A stretch of DNA of 64,000 nucleotides from Paragordius varius (GCA_964247055.1 OZ176050.1:7316001-7380000), one strand, 5' to 3'. Counted from the first letter of the stretch, positions 41,101-52,271 are shown. Made by a program: numbers and translations. Notes: a model not told the origin generated them from the sequence alone.

Positions 41101-44100
41101 TACCCGCTAAAAACTGATTTTTCATATAACTTTGTGAACTGTTTCCGGAAAACCGGTGATCCCAATCAAATCCAAATATCGAAAAAATATAATCATTAAT
41201 AAATGTCCCGACAATAGCTTCGCCCTTTTTTTGAAATAGGCCCCCAGTTCGGGCCCACCCCGTATGAAAAACGGGTTAAGTCAATTTTTTGGAGAACGTG
41301 TTGGACCATTCAATTTCAAATATGAATTTTGTTTACTTATTTTTGATCGCGCTAAACATAGTCGAGTCACTTTTTTGATTTAGGCCCTCTTTTTACCCGC
41401 TCCCCCCGTAAATGCCATTTTTTTCAAAAAAAACAAAGTCCACAAAAATATTTTTTTGATTGTATTTTTTTGCCCACGGTATGAGACTGTAAAAATTCGA
41501 GAAAGATTTTTCGTATTGCCTGTTAAAAGGCAAAAATTTTAGTCAAGCGTTTCTTTGATGATAGATGCTGAGTAAGGAGGATCTATCATATGCATAGCAT
41601 GTTAAAAGATATATGGATATTAATACATTATTTATCCTCATCTATATATTTATAAAAATGGAAAATGCTGGCTTTGTGATCTGGTACAGGAAAACCGGTA
41701 GACCCAATCAAATCCAAATATCGAAAAAATATAATCATTAATAAATGTCCCGACAATAGCTTCGCCCTTTTTTTGAAATAGGCCCCCAGTTCGGGCCCAC
41801 CCCGTATGAAAAACGGGTTTTTTTTGAAAACACAAGTCCACGAAATCGTGTTTTTGAGACAATTTTCCGGAGAACGTGTTGGACCATTCAATTTCAAATA
41901 TAATTTTTGTTTACTTATTTTCGATTGCGCCGAACATAGTCGAGCCACTTTTTTGATTTAGGCCCTCTTTTTACCCGCTCCCCCCGTAAAATGCCATTTT
42001 TTTCAAAAAACAAAGTCCACAAAAATAATTTTCTAAATCGATTTTTCGCCCTAGGTATGAGACCGTAAAAATTCAATAAAGATTCCACGTATTCCCTGTT
42101 AAAAGGCAAAAATTTTAGTCCACCGTTTATTTGATGATAACTGCTGGGTAAGGAGCTACCCGCTAAAAACTGATTTTTCATATAACTTTGTGAACTGTTT
42201 CCGGAAAACCGGTGATCCCAATCAAATCCAAATATCGAAAAAATATAATCATTAATAAATGTCCCGACAATAGCTTCGCCCTTTTTTTGAAATAGGCCCC
42301 CAGTTCGGGCCCACCCCGTATGAAAAATGGGTTAAGTCAATTTTTTGGAGAACGTGTTGGACCATTCAATTTCAAATATGAATTTTGTTTACTTATTTTT
42401 GATCGCGCTAAACATAGTCGAGTCACTTTTTTGATTTAGGCCCTCTTTTTACCCGCTCCCCCCGTAAATGCCATTTTTTTCAAAAAAAACAAAGTCCACA
42501 AAAATATTTTTTTGATTGTATTTTTTTGCCCACGGTATGAGACTGTAAAAATTCGAGAAAGATTTTTCGTATTGCCTGTTAAAAGGCAAAAATTTTAGTC
42601 AAGCGTTTCTTTGATGATAGATGCTGAGTAAGGAGTATCTATCATATGCATAGCATGTTAAAAGATATATGGATATTAATACATTATTTATCCTCATCTA
42701 TATATTTATAAAAATGGAAAATGCTGGCTTTGTGATCTGGTACAGGAAAACCGGTAGACCCAATCAAATCCAAATATCGAAAAAATATAATCATTAATAA
42801 ATGTCCCGACAATAGCTTCGCCCTTTTTTTGAAATAGGCCCCCAGTTCGGGCCCACCCCGTATGAAAAACGGGTTTTTTTTGAAAACACAAGTCCACAAA
42901 ATCGTGTTTTTGAGACAATTTTCCGGAGAACGTGTTGGACCATTCAATTTCAAATATAATTTTTGTTTACTTATTTTCGATTGCGCCGAACATAGTGGAG
43001 CCACTTTTTTGATTTAGGCCCTCTTTTTACCCGCTCCCCCCGTAAAATGCCATTTTTTTCAAAAAACAAAGTCCACAAAAATAATTTTCTAAATCGATTT
43101 TTCGCCCTAGGTATGAGACCGTAAAAATTCAATAAAGATTCCACGTATTACCTGTTAAAAGGCAAAAATTTTAGTCCACCGTTTATTTGATGATAACTGC
43201 TGGGTAAGGAGCTACCCGCTAAAAACTGATTTTTCATATAACTTTGTGAACTGTTTCCGGAAAACCGGTGATCCCAATCAAATCCAAATATCGAAAAAAT
43301 ATAATCATTAATAAATGTCCCGACAATAGCTTCGCCCTTTTTTTGAAATAGGCCCCCAGTTCGGGCCCACCCCGTATGAAAAATGGGTTAAGTCAATTTT
43401 TTGGAGAACGTGTTGGACCATTCAATTTCAAATATGAATTTTGTTTACTTATTTTTGATCGCGCTAAACATAGTCGAGTCACTTTTTTGATTTAGGCCCT
43501 CTTTTTACCCGCTCCCCCCGTAAATGCCATTTTTTTCAAAAAAAACAAAGTCCACAAAAATATTTTTTTGATTGTATTTTTTTGCCCACGGTATGAGACT
43601 GTAAAAATTCGAGAAAGATTTTTCGTATTGCCTGTTAAAAGGCAAAAATTTTAGTCAAGCGTTTCTTTGATGATAGATGCTGAGTAAGGAGTATCTATCA
43701 TATGCATAGCATGTTAAAAGATATATGGATATTAATACATTATTTATCCTCATCTATATATTTATAAAAATGGAAAATGCTGGCTTTGTGATCTGGTACA
43801 GGAAAACCGGTAGACCCAATCAAATCCAAATATCGAAAAAATATAATCATTAATAAATGTCCCGACAATAGCTTCGCCCTTTTTTTGAAATAGGCCCCCA
43901 GTTCGGGCCCACCCCGTATGAAAAACGGGTTTTTTTTGAAAACACAAGTCCACAAAATCGTGTTTTTGAGACAATTTTCCGGAGAACGTGTTGGACCATT
44001 CAATTTCAAATATAATTTTTGTTTACTTATTTTCGATTGCGCCGAACATAGTGGAGCCACTTTTTTGATTTAGGCCCTCTTTTTACCCGCTCCCCCCGTA

Positions 44101-47100
44101 AAATGCCATTTTTTTCAAAAAACAAAGTCCACAAAAATAATTTTCTAAATCGATTTTTCGCCCTAGGTATGAGACCGTAAAAATTCAATAAAGATTCCAC
44201 GTATTCCCTGTTAAAAGGCAAAAATTTTAGTCCACCGTTTATTTGATGATAACTGCTGGGTAAGGAGCTACCCGCTAAAAACTGATTTTTCATATAACTT
44301 TGTGAACTGTTTCCGGAAAACCGGTGATCCCAATCAAATCCAAATATCGAAAAAATATAATCATTAATAAATGTCCCGACAATAGCTTCGCCCTTTTTTT
44401 GAAATAGGCCCCCAGTTCGGGCCCACCCCGTATGAAAAACGGGTTAAGTCAATTTTTTGGAGAACGTGTTGGACCATTCAATTTCAAATATGAATTTTGT
44501 TTACTTATTTTTGATCGCGCTAAACATAGTCGAGTCACTTTTTTGATTTAGGCCCTCTTTTTACCCGCTCCCCCCGTAAATGCCATTTTTTTCAAAAAAA
44601 ACAAAGTCCACAAAAATATTTTTTTGATTGTATTTTTTTGCCCACGGTATGAGACTGTAAAAATTCGAGAAAGATTTTTCGTATTGCCTGTTAAAAGGCA
44701 AAAATTTTAGTCAAGCGTTTCTTTGATGATAGATGCTGAGTAAGGAGTATCTATCATATGCATAGCATGTTAAAAGATATATGGATATTAATACATTATT
44801 TATCCTCATCTATATATTTATAAAAATGGAAAATGCTGGCTTTGTGATCTGGTACAGGAAAACCGGTAGACCCAATCAAATCCAAATATCGAAAAAATAT
44901 AATCATTAATAAATGTCCCGACAATAGCTTCGCCCTTTTTTTGAAATAGGCCCCCAGTTCGGGCCCACCCCGTATGAAAAACGGGTTTTTTTTGAAAACA
45001 CAAGTCCACAAAATCGTGTTTTTGAGACAATTTTCCGGAGAACGTGTTGGACCATTCAATTTCAAATATAATTTTTGTTTACTTATTTTCGATTGCGCCG
45101 AACATAGTGGAGCCACTTTTTTGATTTAGGCCCTCTTTTTACCCGCTCCCCCCGTAAAATGCCATTTTTTTCAAAAAACAAAGTCCACAAAAATAATTTT
45201 CTAAATCGATTTTTCGCCCTAGGTATGAGACCGTAAAAATTCAATAAAGATTCCACGTATTCCCTGTTAAAAGGCAAAAATTTTAGTCCACCGTTTATTT
45301 GATGATAACTGCTGGGTAAGGAGCTACCCGCTAAAAACTGATTTTTCATATAACTTTGTGAACTGTTTCCGGAAAACCGGTGATCCCAATCAAATCCAAA
45401 TATCGAAAAAATATAATCATTAATAAATGTCCCGACAATAGCTTCGCCCTTTTTTTGAAATAGGCCCCCAGTTCGGGCCCACCCCGTATGAAAAACGGGT
45501 TTTTTTTGAAAACACAAGTCCACAAAATCGTGTTTTTGAGACAATTTTCCGGAGAACGTGTTGGACCATTCAATTTCAAATATAATTTTTGTTTACTTAT
45601 TTTCGATTGCGCCGAACATAGTGGAGCCACTTTTTTGATTTAGGCCCTCTTTTTACCCGCTCCCCCCGTAAAATGCCATTTTTTTCAAAAAACAAAGTCC
45701 ACAAAAATAATTTTCTAAATCGATTTTTCGCCCTAGGTATGAGACCGTAAAAATTCAATAAAGATTCCACGTATTACCTGTTAAAAGGCAAAAATTTTAG
45801 TCCACCGTTTATTTGATGATAACTGCTGGGTAAGGAGCTACCCGCTAAAAACTGATTTTTCATATAACTTTGTGAACTGTTTCCGGAAAACCGGTGATCC
45901 CAATCAAATCCAAATATCGAAAAAATATAATCATTAATAAATGTCCCGACAATAGCTTCGCCCTTTTTTTGAAATAGGCCCCCAGTTCGGGCCCACCCCG
46001 TATGAAAAATGGGTTAAGTCAATTTTTTGGAGAACGTGTTGGACCATTCAATTTCAAATATGAATTTTGTTTACTTATTTTTGATCGCGCTAAACATAGT
46101 CGAGTCACTTTTTTGATTTAGGCCCTCTTTTTACCCGCTCCCCCCGTAAATGCCATTTTTTTCAAAAAAAACAAAGTCCACAAAAATATTTTTTTGATTG
46201 TATTTTTTTGCCCACGGTATGAGACTGTAAAAATTCGAGAAAGATTTTTCGTATTGCCTGTTAAAAGGCAAAAATTTTAGTCAAGCGTTTCTTTGATGAT
46301 AGATGCTGAGTAAGGAGTATCTATCATATGCATAGCATGTTAAAAGATATATGGATATTAATACATTATTTATCCTCATCTATATATTTATAAAAATGGA
46401 AAATGCTGGCTTTGTGATCTGGTACAGGAAAACCGGTAGACCCAATCAAATCCAAATATCGAAAAAATATAATCATTAATAAATGTCCCGACAATAGCTT
46501 CGCCCTTTTTTTGAAATAGGCCCCCAGTTCGGGCCCACCCCGTATGAAAAACGGGTTTTTTTTGAAAACACAAGTCCACAAAATCGTGTTTTTGAGACAA
46601 TTTTCCGGAGAACGTGTTGGACCATTCAATTTCAAATATAATTTTTGTTTACTTATTTTCGATTGCGCCGAACATAGTGGAGCCACTTTTTTGATTTAGG
46701 CCCTCTTTTTACCCGCTCCCCCCGTAAAATGCCATTTTTTTCAAAAAACAAAGTCCACAAAAATAATTTTCTAAATCGATTTTTCGCCCTAGGTATGAGA
46801 CCGTAAAAATTCAATAAAGATTCCACGTATTCCCTGTTAAAAGGCAAAAATTTTAGTCCACCGTTTATTTGATGATAACTGCTGGGTAAGGAGCTACCCG
46901 CTAAAAACTGATTTTTCATATAACTTTGTGAACTGTTTCCGGAAAACCGGTGATCCCAATCAAATCCAAATATCGAAAAAATATAATCATTAATAAATGT
47001 CCCGACAATAGCTTCGCCCTTTTTTTGAAATAGGCCCCCAGTTCGGGCCCACCCCGTATGAAAAATGGGTTAAGTCAATTTTTTGGAGAACGTGTTGGAC

Positions 47101-47579
47101 CATTCAATTTCAAATATGAATTTTGTTTACTTATTTTTGATCGCGCTAAACATAGTCGAGTCACTTTTTTGATTTAGGCCCTCTTTTTACCCGCTCCCCC
47201 CGTAAATGCCATTTTTTTCAAAAAAAACAAAGTCCACAAAAATATTTTTTTGATTGTATTTTTTTGCCCACGGTATGAGACTGTAAAAATTCGAGAAAGA
47301 TTTTTCGTATTGCCTGTTAAAAGGCAAAAATTTTAGTCAAGCGTTTCTTTGATGATAGATGCTGAGTAAGGAGTATCTATCATATGCATAGCATGTTAAA
47401 AGATATATGGATATTAATACATTATTTATCCTCATCTATATATTTATAAAAATGGAAAATGCTGGCTTTGTGATCTACAGGAAAAACGGTAGACCCATTC
47501 AAATCCAAACTTCGAACCCCCCCCCCCAGAAGTCCGAAGGACTTCCTCGGGCTGCGTAGCAGCACGAGATTCACGCTAG
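32137..47579 (+). repeat. Helitron-derived tandem array: 14 units (13 x 1056 bp, 1 x 1570 bp) plus a terminal 145-bp mini-Helitron
   Basis: Unit starts (A|TCTATATATTTATAAAAATGG) at 32137, 33193, 34249, 35305, 36361, 37417, 38473, 39529, 40585, 41641, 42697, 43753, 44809, 46379 and 47435. Each unit is 5' end + 514-bp subunit A + diverged truncated subunit B + ~60-bp spacer. Flanks rejoin as AACAAAA|TACATT without a TSD. Confidence 0.95.
47435..47579 (+). mobile_element. 145-bp mini-Helitron with both termini
   Basis: TC start; C11 tract; hairpins GAAGTCC-GAA-GGACTTC (47529-47545) and CTCGGGCTGC-GTA-GCAGCACGAG (47546-47568); CTAG|T seven nt later. Confidence 0.88.
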
Positions 47580-47689
47580 TACATTATAAATATAAAAAAA
47601 ATTTGTACCTCACAGGTTGTTTGTACCTTATTCAATAAATTTCCATGTGCACGAACAAAGGGTGAAGTTATTTTAATATTCTAGAAAAA

Positions 47690-48400
47690 AATAATAAAGA
47701 CAAAATCATCACAAAGTGCGCTGGGTGATGCAAGAAGCGGCACAAAAATATTTTTAACAATTTAGCGAATAATCTTAATCAAAACATTATTGGCAGATAC
47801 GCAACGTTCAAACAGCTATAATGATTTGTTAGCCCTGGATGTGGAAAATATAGATGTTAAAATGCTCGAATATTGTAGATCTGTTGGTTAGCTCTTTTGC
47901 CAGCGATTGATATATTTATAAAAATGTGATCTCCTAGAATCCTATTTTTTATCACAGGACAAAGGTCAAAATTCCAAGTCAAAAAAGGTTAGAAAATAAT
48001 TCTATACCATTACCTAATCGCAATATTATAAAGCATCCAGAAAAACAAGGCTCAATGAATAGCCAGAGTATAAAAATGTTTTATACAAACAGAAACGATT
48101 ATTTGGAAGACAAGACGGTGCACAATGACACTTTTTGATGAAGTCTCATTATTAAATAAATATATTGAATGAAAACTTATATTATGGACAACAGAAAAAA
48201 ATACGTAGGATAGAAATGGTTAAAATAATCATTTTTAAACAAATTATGTTCCATACAATATTATTTTAATTGTAGAATTTGCATTATCTTTACCTGAACC
48301 ACTGCTATTGAACGCGTTTTTCCACAGTAAATTAAGTAAGAACACGGAATCAAATTTAAATGTTGAATAAATTATGAAGACTTATACAATATTTTACGTG
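47690..48400 (+). pseudogene. Heavily deleted second hAT transposase fragment, inverted relative to the main copy
   Basis: ARSGTKNIFNNLANNLNQNIIG, YFLSQDK, LFDEVSLLNKYI and IVEFALSLP...AIERVF fragments parallel the minus-strand transposase. Confidence 0.75.
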
Positions 48401-48442
48401 ATTTGGTTTATTTTTTTACACAAAAACTTTAAAGAAAATATT

Positions 48443-50285
48443 TTATTCTTTGGTATATTTTTTGTTTGAGTGAATGCGTTTTAGCAGATTGTCATCATTT
48501 TTTAAAATATTGTAGAAGTCTTCACAAGAATTTGTCAAATTATATTTGAGAGATAAAACGGCCTTTAAAAAACATTTAAATTTGATTTTTCCGATGTCCA
48601 CACCTGATTTACTGTGGAAAAAACGCGCTCAGTAGCAGCGTGGGTTCCAGGTAAAGATCGAATTCCACAATTTTTAAAATATTATTGTATGTAATATAGT
48701 TGGCTTCAAAATGATGAAATATTTCCAACCATTTCTTTTCTACTGTATATTTTATTTTGTCCATAATTTAAGTTTTTCATTATTAATATATCTTTAACTA
48801 ATGATACTTCAGAAAAAAGATCATTTTCTGAAAGATTACCTTTTGATAAATTTTGGGAGCAGATATAATCAAATAATTTTTGAACATCGCGCCAAATTAA
48901 ATTCTGATTTTAATGTTATCCAATGAAAATGATCAATTTCAATGAAGTGGGTCGTCCAGTCTTCCAAATAATCTTTACAGAACATTTTTATATGGTACAG
49001 GATGTCTTGGCGATTTATTAAACCTTGTTTTTCTAAATTATTTATTATATTGCGGATGGTTAATAGTATAAAATTATTTTCTAACCGTTCTTGACATTGG
49101 AATTTTAGGTTACTAACTTCATTGGCTACTTCGATTGCCGAAATTTTGTCACCTTCTATAAATTTAATAACATTTTGAAAGAGAGAAGTTGGATTATGTA
49201 AGAATTCTAACCATATTTTTGAACAATCACTTTCAAAAAACTTTTTTAAAGTTGTAGGACATTTGTCCTGTGATAATAAAAAAGATTTTAAAGGATCATA
49301 CATTTTTAAAATTCTTTCGATAGCTGGCATAAAAGCTAACCAACGAGTTTTACAATATCCAAGCATTTTTTGATATTGAACTTCTGCATTTTCACAGAAT
49401 TCTTTAAGCGTTTCCTACCGTGTATATAAAAAAATAGGATTATATTTTAACAACTACATTTTCCACATCTATGGGTAACAAATCAGCAGCTGTTTGAATA
49501 ATGTGTATTATATGCGCTGCACACCCAACGCCAATAATGTTTTGATTAAGATTATCTGTTAATTCATGAAAAATATTTTTTTGTTCCTCTCCTTGCTTTT
49601 CCACCAAAGTTCATATTGGTGTTGTCAGCGCAATATACGATAATTTTGTATTTTAAATTATTTTTTTGCATTATTGAAGTAAATATTATTTCGGAATTTT
49701 CACCGGGTAGGGAAATTAAATCTAAAATTTTAATTTTTACTCCGGTTTCTGAATCAAAATATCTCATCAAAGTGGGAAATAATTTTGTTTCATGGTGATT
49801 TGATGCATCAGAGTATAGCGATATGGAATTAATTTTCAGCAAATCTTTTTGTATTTCAGAAAATATATGTGGCGAAAGGACATTGCACACAATGGCTTTA
49901 GCCTTTGTACGGGCACATGTAAATTTTTTTATGGAATAACGTGCGAATAACTTGTGAGGTACAGTCCATAGATCTAAAGGAATGATTGTGATTAACGGCG
50001 TGAAAAGATAACACGCACTCAGCTAGTGCCAAATTCTTTTCTTCCTCTCCAAAAGCGGTTTTTCAAAAAAATCGCTCATTTTGTAAGATGATGTCGCCAT
50101 ATCTAAACATTTTTTATGTTTCTGTGTTTCCATATGCTTTGTAATATCATGCTTGCCGCCATGTGCTAGGGTGAATCCCCCTCGCATATAGGACATTTAA
50201 CAAATGATTCATTCTTCGTTTTTTTAATAAAAGGAAAATCCTTCATTAATTCATCGTTGAATTTACAACCTCTTTTTGTGCTCAT
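48443..50285 (-). pseudogene. hAT transposase pseudogene (BED zinc finger, DDE/D core, dimerisation domain) with frameshifts and stops
   Basis: MSTKRGCKFNDELMKDFPFIKK...CPIC...HGGKHDITKHMETQKH, ISLYSDASN, YCADNTN, GVGCAAH, CKTRWL, AATERVFS. Confidence 0.92.
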
Positions 50286-50298
50286 GTTTATAAACTAC

Positions 50299-50570
50299 TA
50301 TTAGTATAATAAATATTATATTACCTTAATTTTCTGTGATAAACGTGTAAGGTACCGATTTGTGGTATCAATTTGTCTTTTAAGCTACCGATTTGTGGTA
50401 TTAATTTGGCTTTTTAATAATGTTGGCAAGTAATAAAACTAAAATATTAGTATAATAAATATTATATTACCTTAATTTTGTGAAATAAACGTGTAAGGTA
50501 CCGATTTGTGGTATCAATTTGTCTTTTAATCTAGAGATTTGTGGTATTAACTTGGCTTTTTGATAATAAT
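50299..50570. repeat. About 146-bp tandem duplication upstream of the transposase ATG
   Basis: TATTAGTATAATAAATATTATATTACCTTAAT starts at 50299 and 50445; internal GATTTGTGGTAT motif occurs four times. Confidence 0.8.
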
Positions 50571-50838
50571 GACAGTAGTAGTAGGAAGTATAGTGTATAA
50601 TCACATGATATAAATTCGAAAAAATAAATATTTTTAATTTAAAATTAAAAATTTTAATTTAAAATTGAATAGATTTTAAAGATATTTAATGATAAAAAAT
50701 TTAAACGGACAAAAAAAATTTATTTGTATTAAAAAAATATTTTTTTATCTAATTGTGAAAAAGCGGGACATTTAAAAACGTAGCAGGAAGCGGGACAAAG
50801 TGTGAAAAAGCGGGACGTCTGGTCACCTTAAGTATGAT

Positions 50839-51090
50839 GTGTGAGATAACAAGAAAAGACACAGTTAAGAATAGTACGAATGTTTATTCGATATCAAGGA
50901 GAATGCAAAAAATATACTATGTTAATTAGGGTATATTAAAAGGAGATTATCCCACCATAAAAACGGTAACTGTCATATAGTTAAAAGAAAACGAGGACGC
51001 GGATGCCCTAAAGAAAGCAGCTCTAAATGAAGTTTTGTGGCGAGATGTCCCTCCGACCGTTTTCACGAGTGATATCACGTAATGTAAAAA
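50839..51090 (+). mobile_element. Decayed RTE-clade LINE, right part
   Basis: Continues MCEITRKDTVKN...KRKRGRGCPK, matching the RTE motifs EMKMLRWMCGVTRKDRIRN and RGRGRPK once the hAT is removed. Confidence 0.75.
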
Positions 51091-51531
51091 AATTAATTTG
51101 TTCATCATTACGTCATTAATATAAGCTTTTTCACAAATTAATGTTATTTAACAACATATACCAATAAGTATGATATTTGACTGCTTTTGTATTCTAAAAC
51201 CGTCCAAAACCAACTTATATTTACACCGGTACCCAATCTCAATACTCATTTTTAATTTTGTATGAAACCGTTTACAAAAATAGGCTTATGTGGAATCCAA
51301 TATTCTTAAAATTATTTATCCCGTTGATATTTATAAATGCATATGTCCCAGGGATAACCTTATTAATTCCATTCCCTTTAATATGGCACATAATATCAGT
51401 CGTTTATATTGAATTAAAAAATTGTGCACATTTTTATACATATAAAAAGATGCGCTTGTAAATCATTATATATAAACATTCATACCCTTATTTTATAAAT
51501 GACCTTGAAACTGCTTTACAATATATAAAAT

Positions 51532-51952
51532 ATGATTTATATAATATTGTTATTCAGTTTTATAAATAATTTAAACACTAACATAACTAAACCGACCAAA
51601 ATTGAATGTTATAGCTGTGGACATCCACCTTCATACAGTTTAGCCCAGATATTTTTTGGCCAAAAATCTTGCCAAAATAAATTTGAAACGCCTGTAATTG
51701 GAATATCAAGCTGCTCTGGGCAGTGCCAGGTATTATCTAACATAAGTTTAGAAATCAATTTACAAAATTGACTCAAATACCATAATTACAAAAAGTTGTG
51801 TGCCTCTATGCACTCCAATATTATCAAAAACGCTAGAAACATATTGTTGCGACGCCAATCTCTGTAATTCTTCAAATTATTCTATAAAAATAAACTATTT
51901 CATATGTTCAAGCATTTGCTTATGCATTTATTTGATTATAAAAATTATTTGA
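51532..51952 (+). CDS. Ly6/uPAR (three-finger, quiver/sleepless-like) predicted GPI-anchored surface protein, 132 aa
   Basis: Exons 51532-51729 and 51752-51952 with a 22-nt intron. Hydrophobic N-terminus, ten cysteines from ECYSC to CCDANLCN (LU-domain signature), then a hydrophobic tail NYFICSSICLCIYLIIKII*. Confidence 0.85.
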
Positions 51953-52271
51953 ACTCTTGGATTTGAAAATAGATTTTGCTTAATAAAGCTAATAATGTTG
52001 CATATAATCCTAAATAAAATCCATTAGACATTGATGTTATTAACTGTTGAACAGTATTCTTTATAAGATTATGGGTTTTGGCTATTAGTTTTACGCGATA
52101 TTTTGTAATTGCTTTATTTTGCATGTTGGAACGGGAAATTATAGAAATATTTTTGGATACCTGTATAAAATATAAAATTACTTTTTTTATATTTATGTAT
52201 ATGGGATTACTCTTATGAATATATTTTATTTTAAAAATTAATTGGCGCAAAAGTTTGAGCTCCTGATCCAT
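51945..52271 (-). CDS. Putative NEPRO/Rmp1-like (RNase MRP subunit N-terminal domain) small protein
   Basis: The ORF contains a GT-AG 21-nt intron candidate (52161-52181). Spliced product MDQELKLLRQLIFKIKYIHKSNPIYINIKKVSKNI...TVQQLITSMSNGFYLGLYATLLALLSKIYFQIQEFK resembles the recalled NEPRO N-terminal pattern (E..LL..L.YK...H....L.KV; G.F......ALLSR). Weak, memory-based similarity; true start uncertain. Confidence 0.5.
   Translation of the reverse strand: MDQELKLLRQLIFKIKYIHKSNPIYINIKKVILYFIQVSKNISIISRSNMQNKAITKYRVKLIAKTHNLIKNTVQQLITSMSNGFYLGLYATLLALLSKIYFQIQEFK

Larger units (their letters stand above)
32011..50830 (-). mobile_element. hAT DNA transposon (Tip100/Zaphod-like ends), 18820 bp including the array and about 3.4 kb without it
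   Basis: TIR TAAGGTGACCAGA (32011) / TCTGGTCACCTTA (50830); perfect 8-bp TSD AGTATGAT (32003-32010 and 50831-50838); AAGCGGGAC subterminal motifs at both ends; internal transposase pseudogene. Confidence 0.95.

Noticed and set aside
32118-46919. About 40 repeated minus-strand ORFs (MARLCSAQ..., MSQKHDF..., MKNQFLAG...) as a tandem gene family
   Set aside because: They overlap in different frames, show no recognisable domain, gain and lose starts or stops with single SNPs, and lie in non-coding Helitron sequence.
32137-47434. CRISPR array, rDNA/5S, histone, snRNA or spliced-leader RNA gene array
   Set aside because: No variable spacers and no recognisable structural RNA or histone sequence. 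An Sm-site-like AATTTTTTGG in subunit B is expected by chance in T-rich DNA. The Helitron termini explain the unit.
32137-47579. Ordinary head-to-tail rolling-circle Helitron concatemer
   Set aside because: Junctions lack hairpin-CTAG; the internal CCCTAGG lies mid-subunit and has no terminal hairpin.
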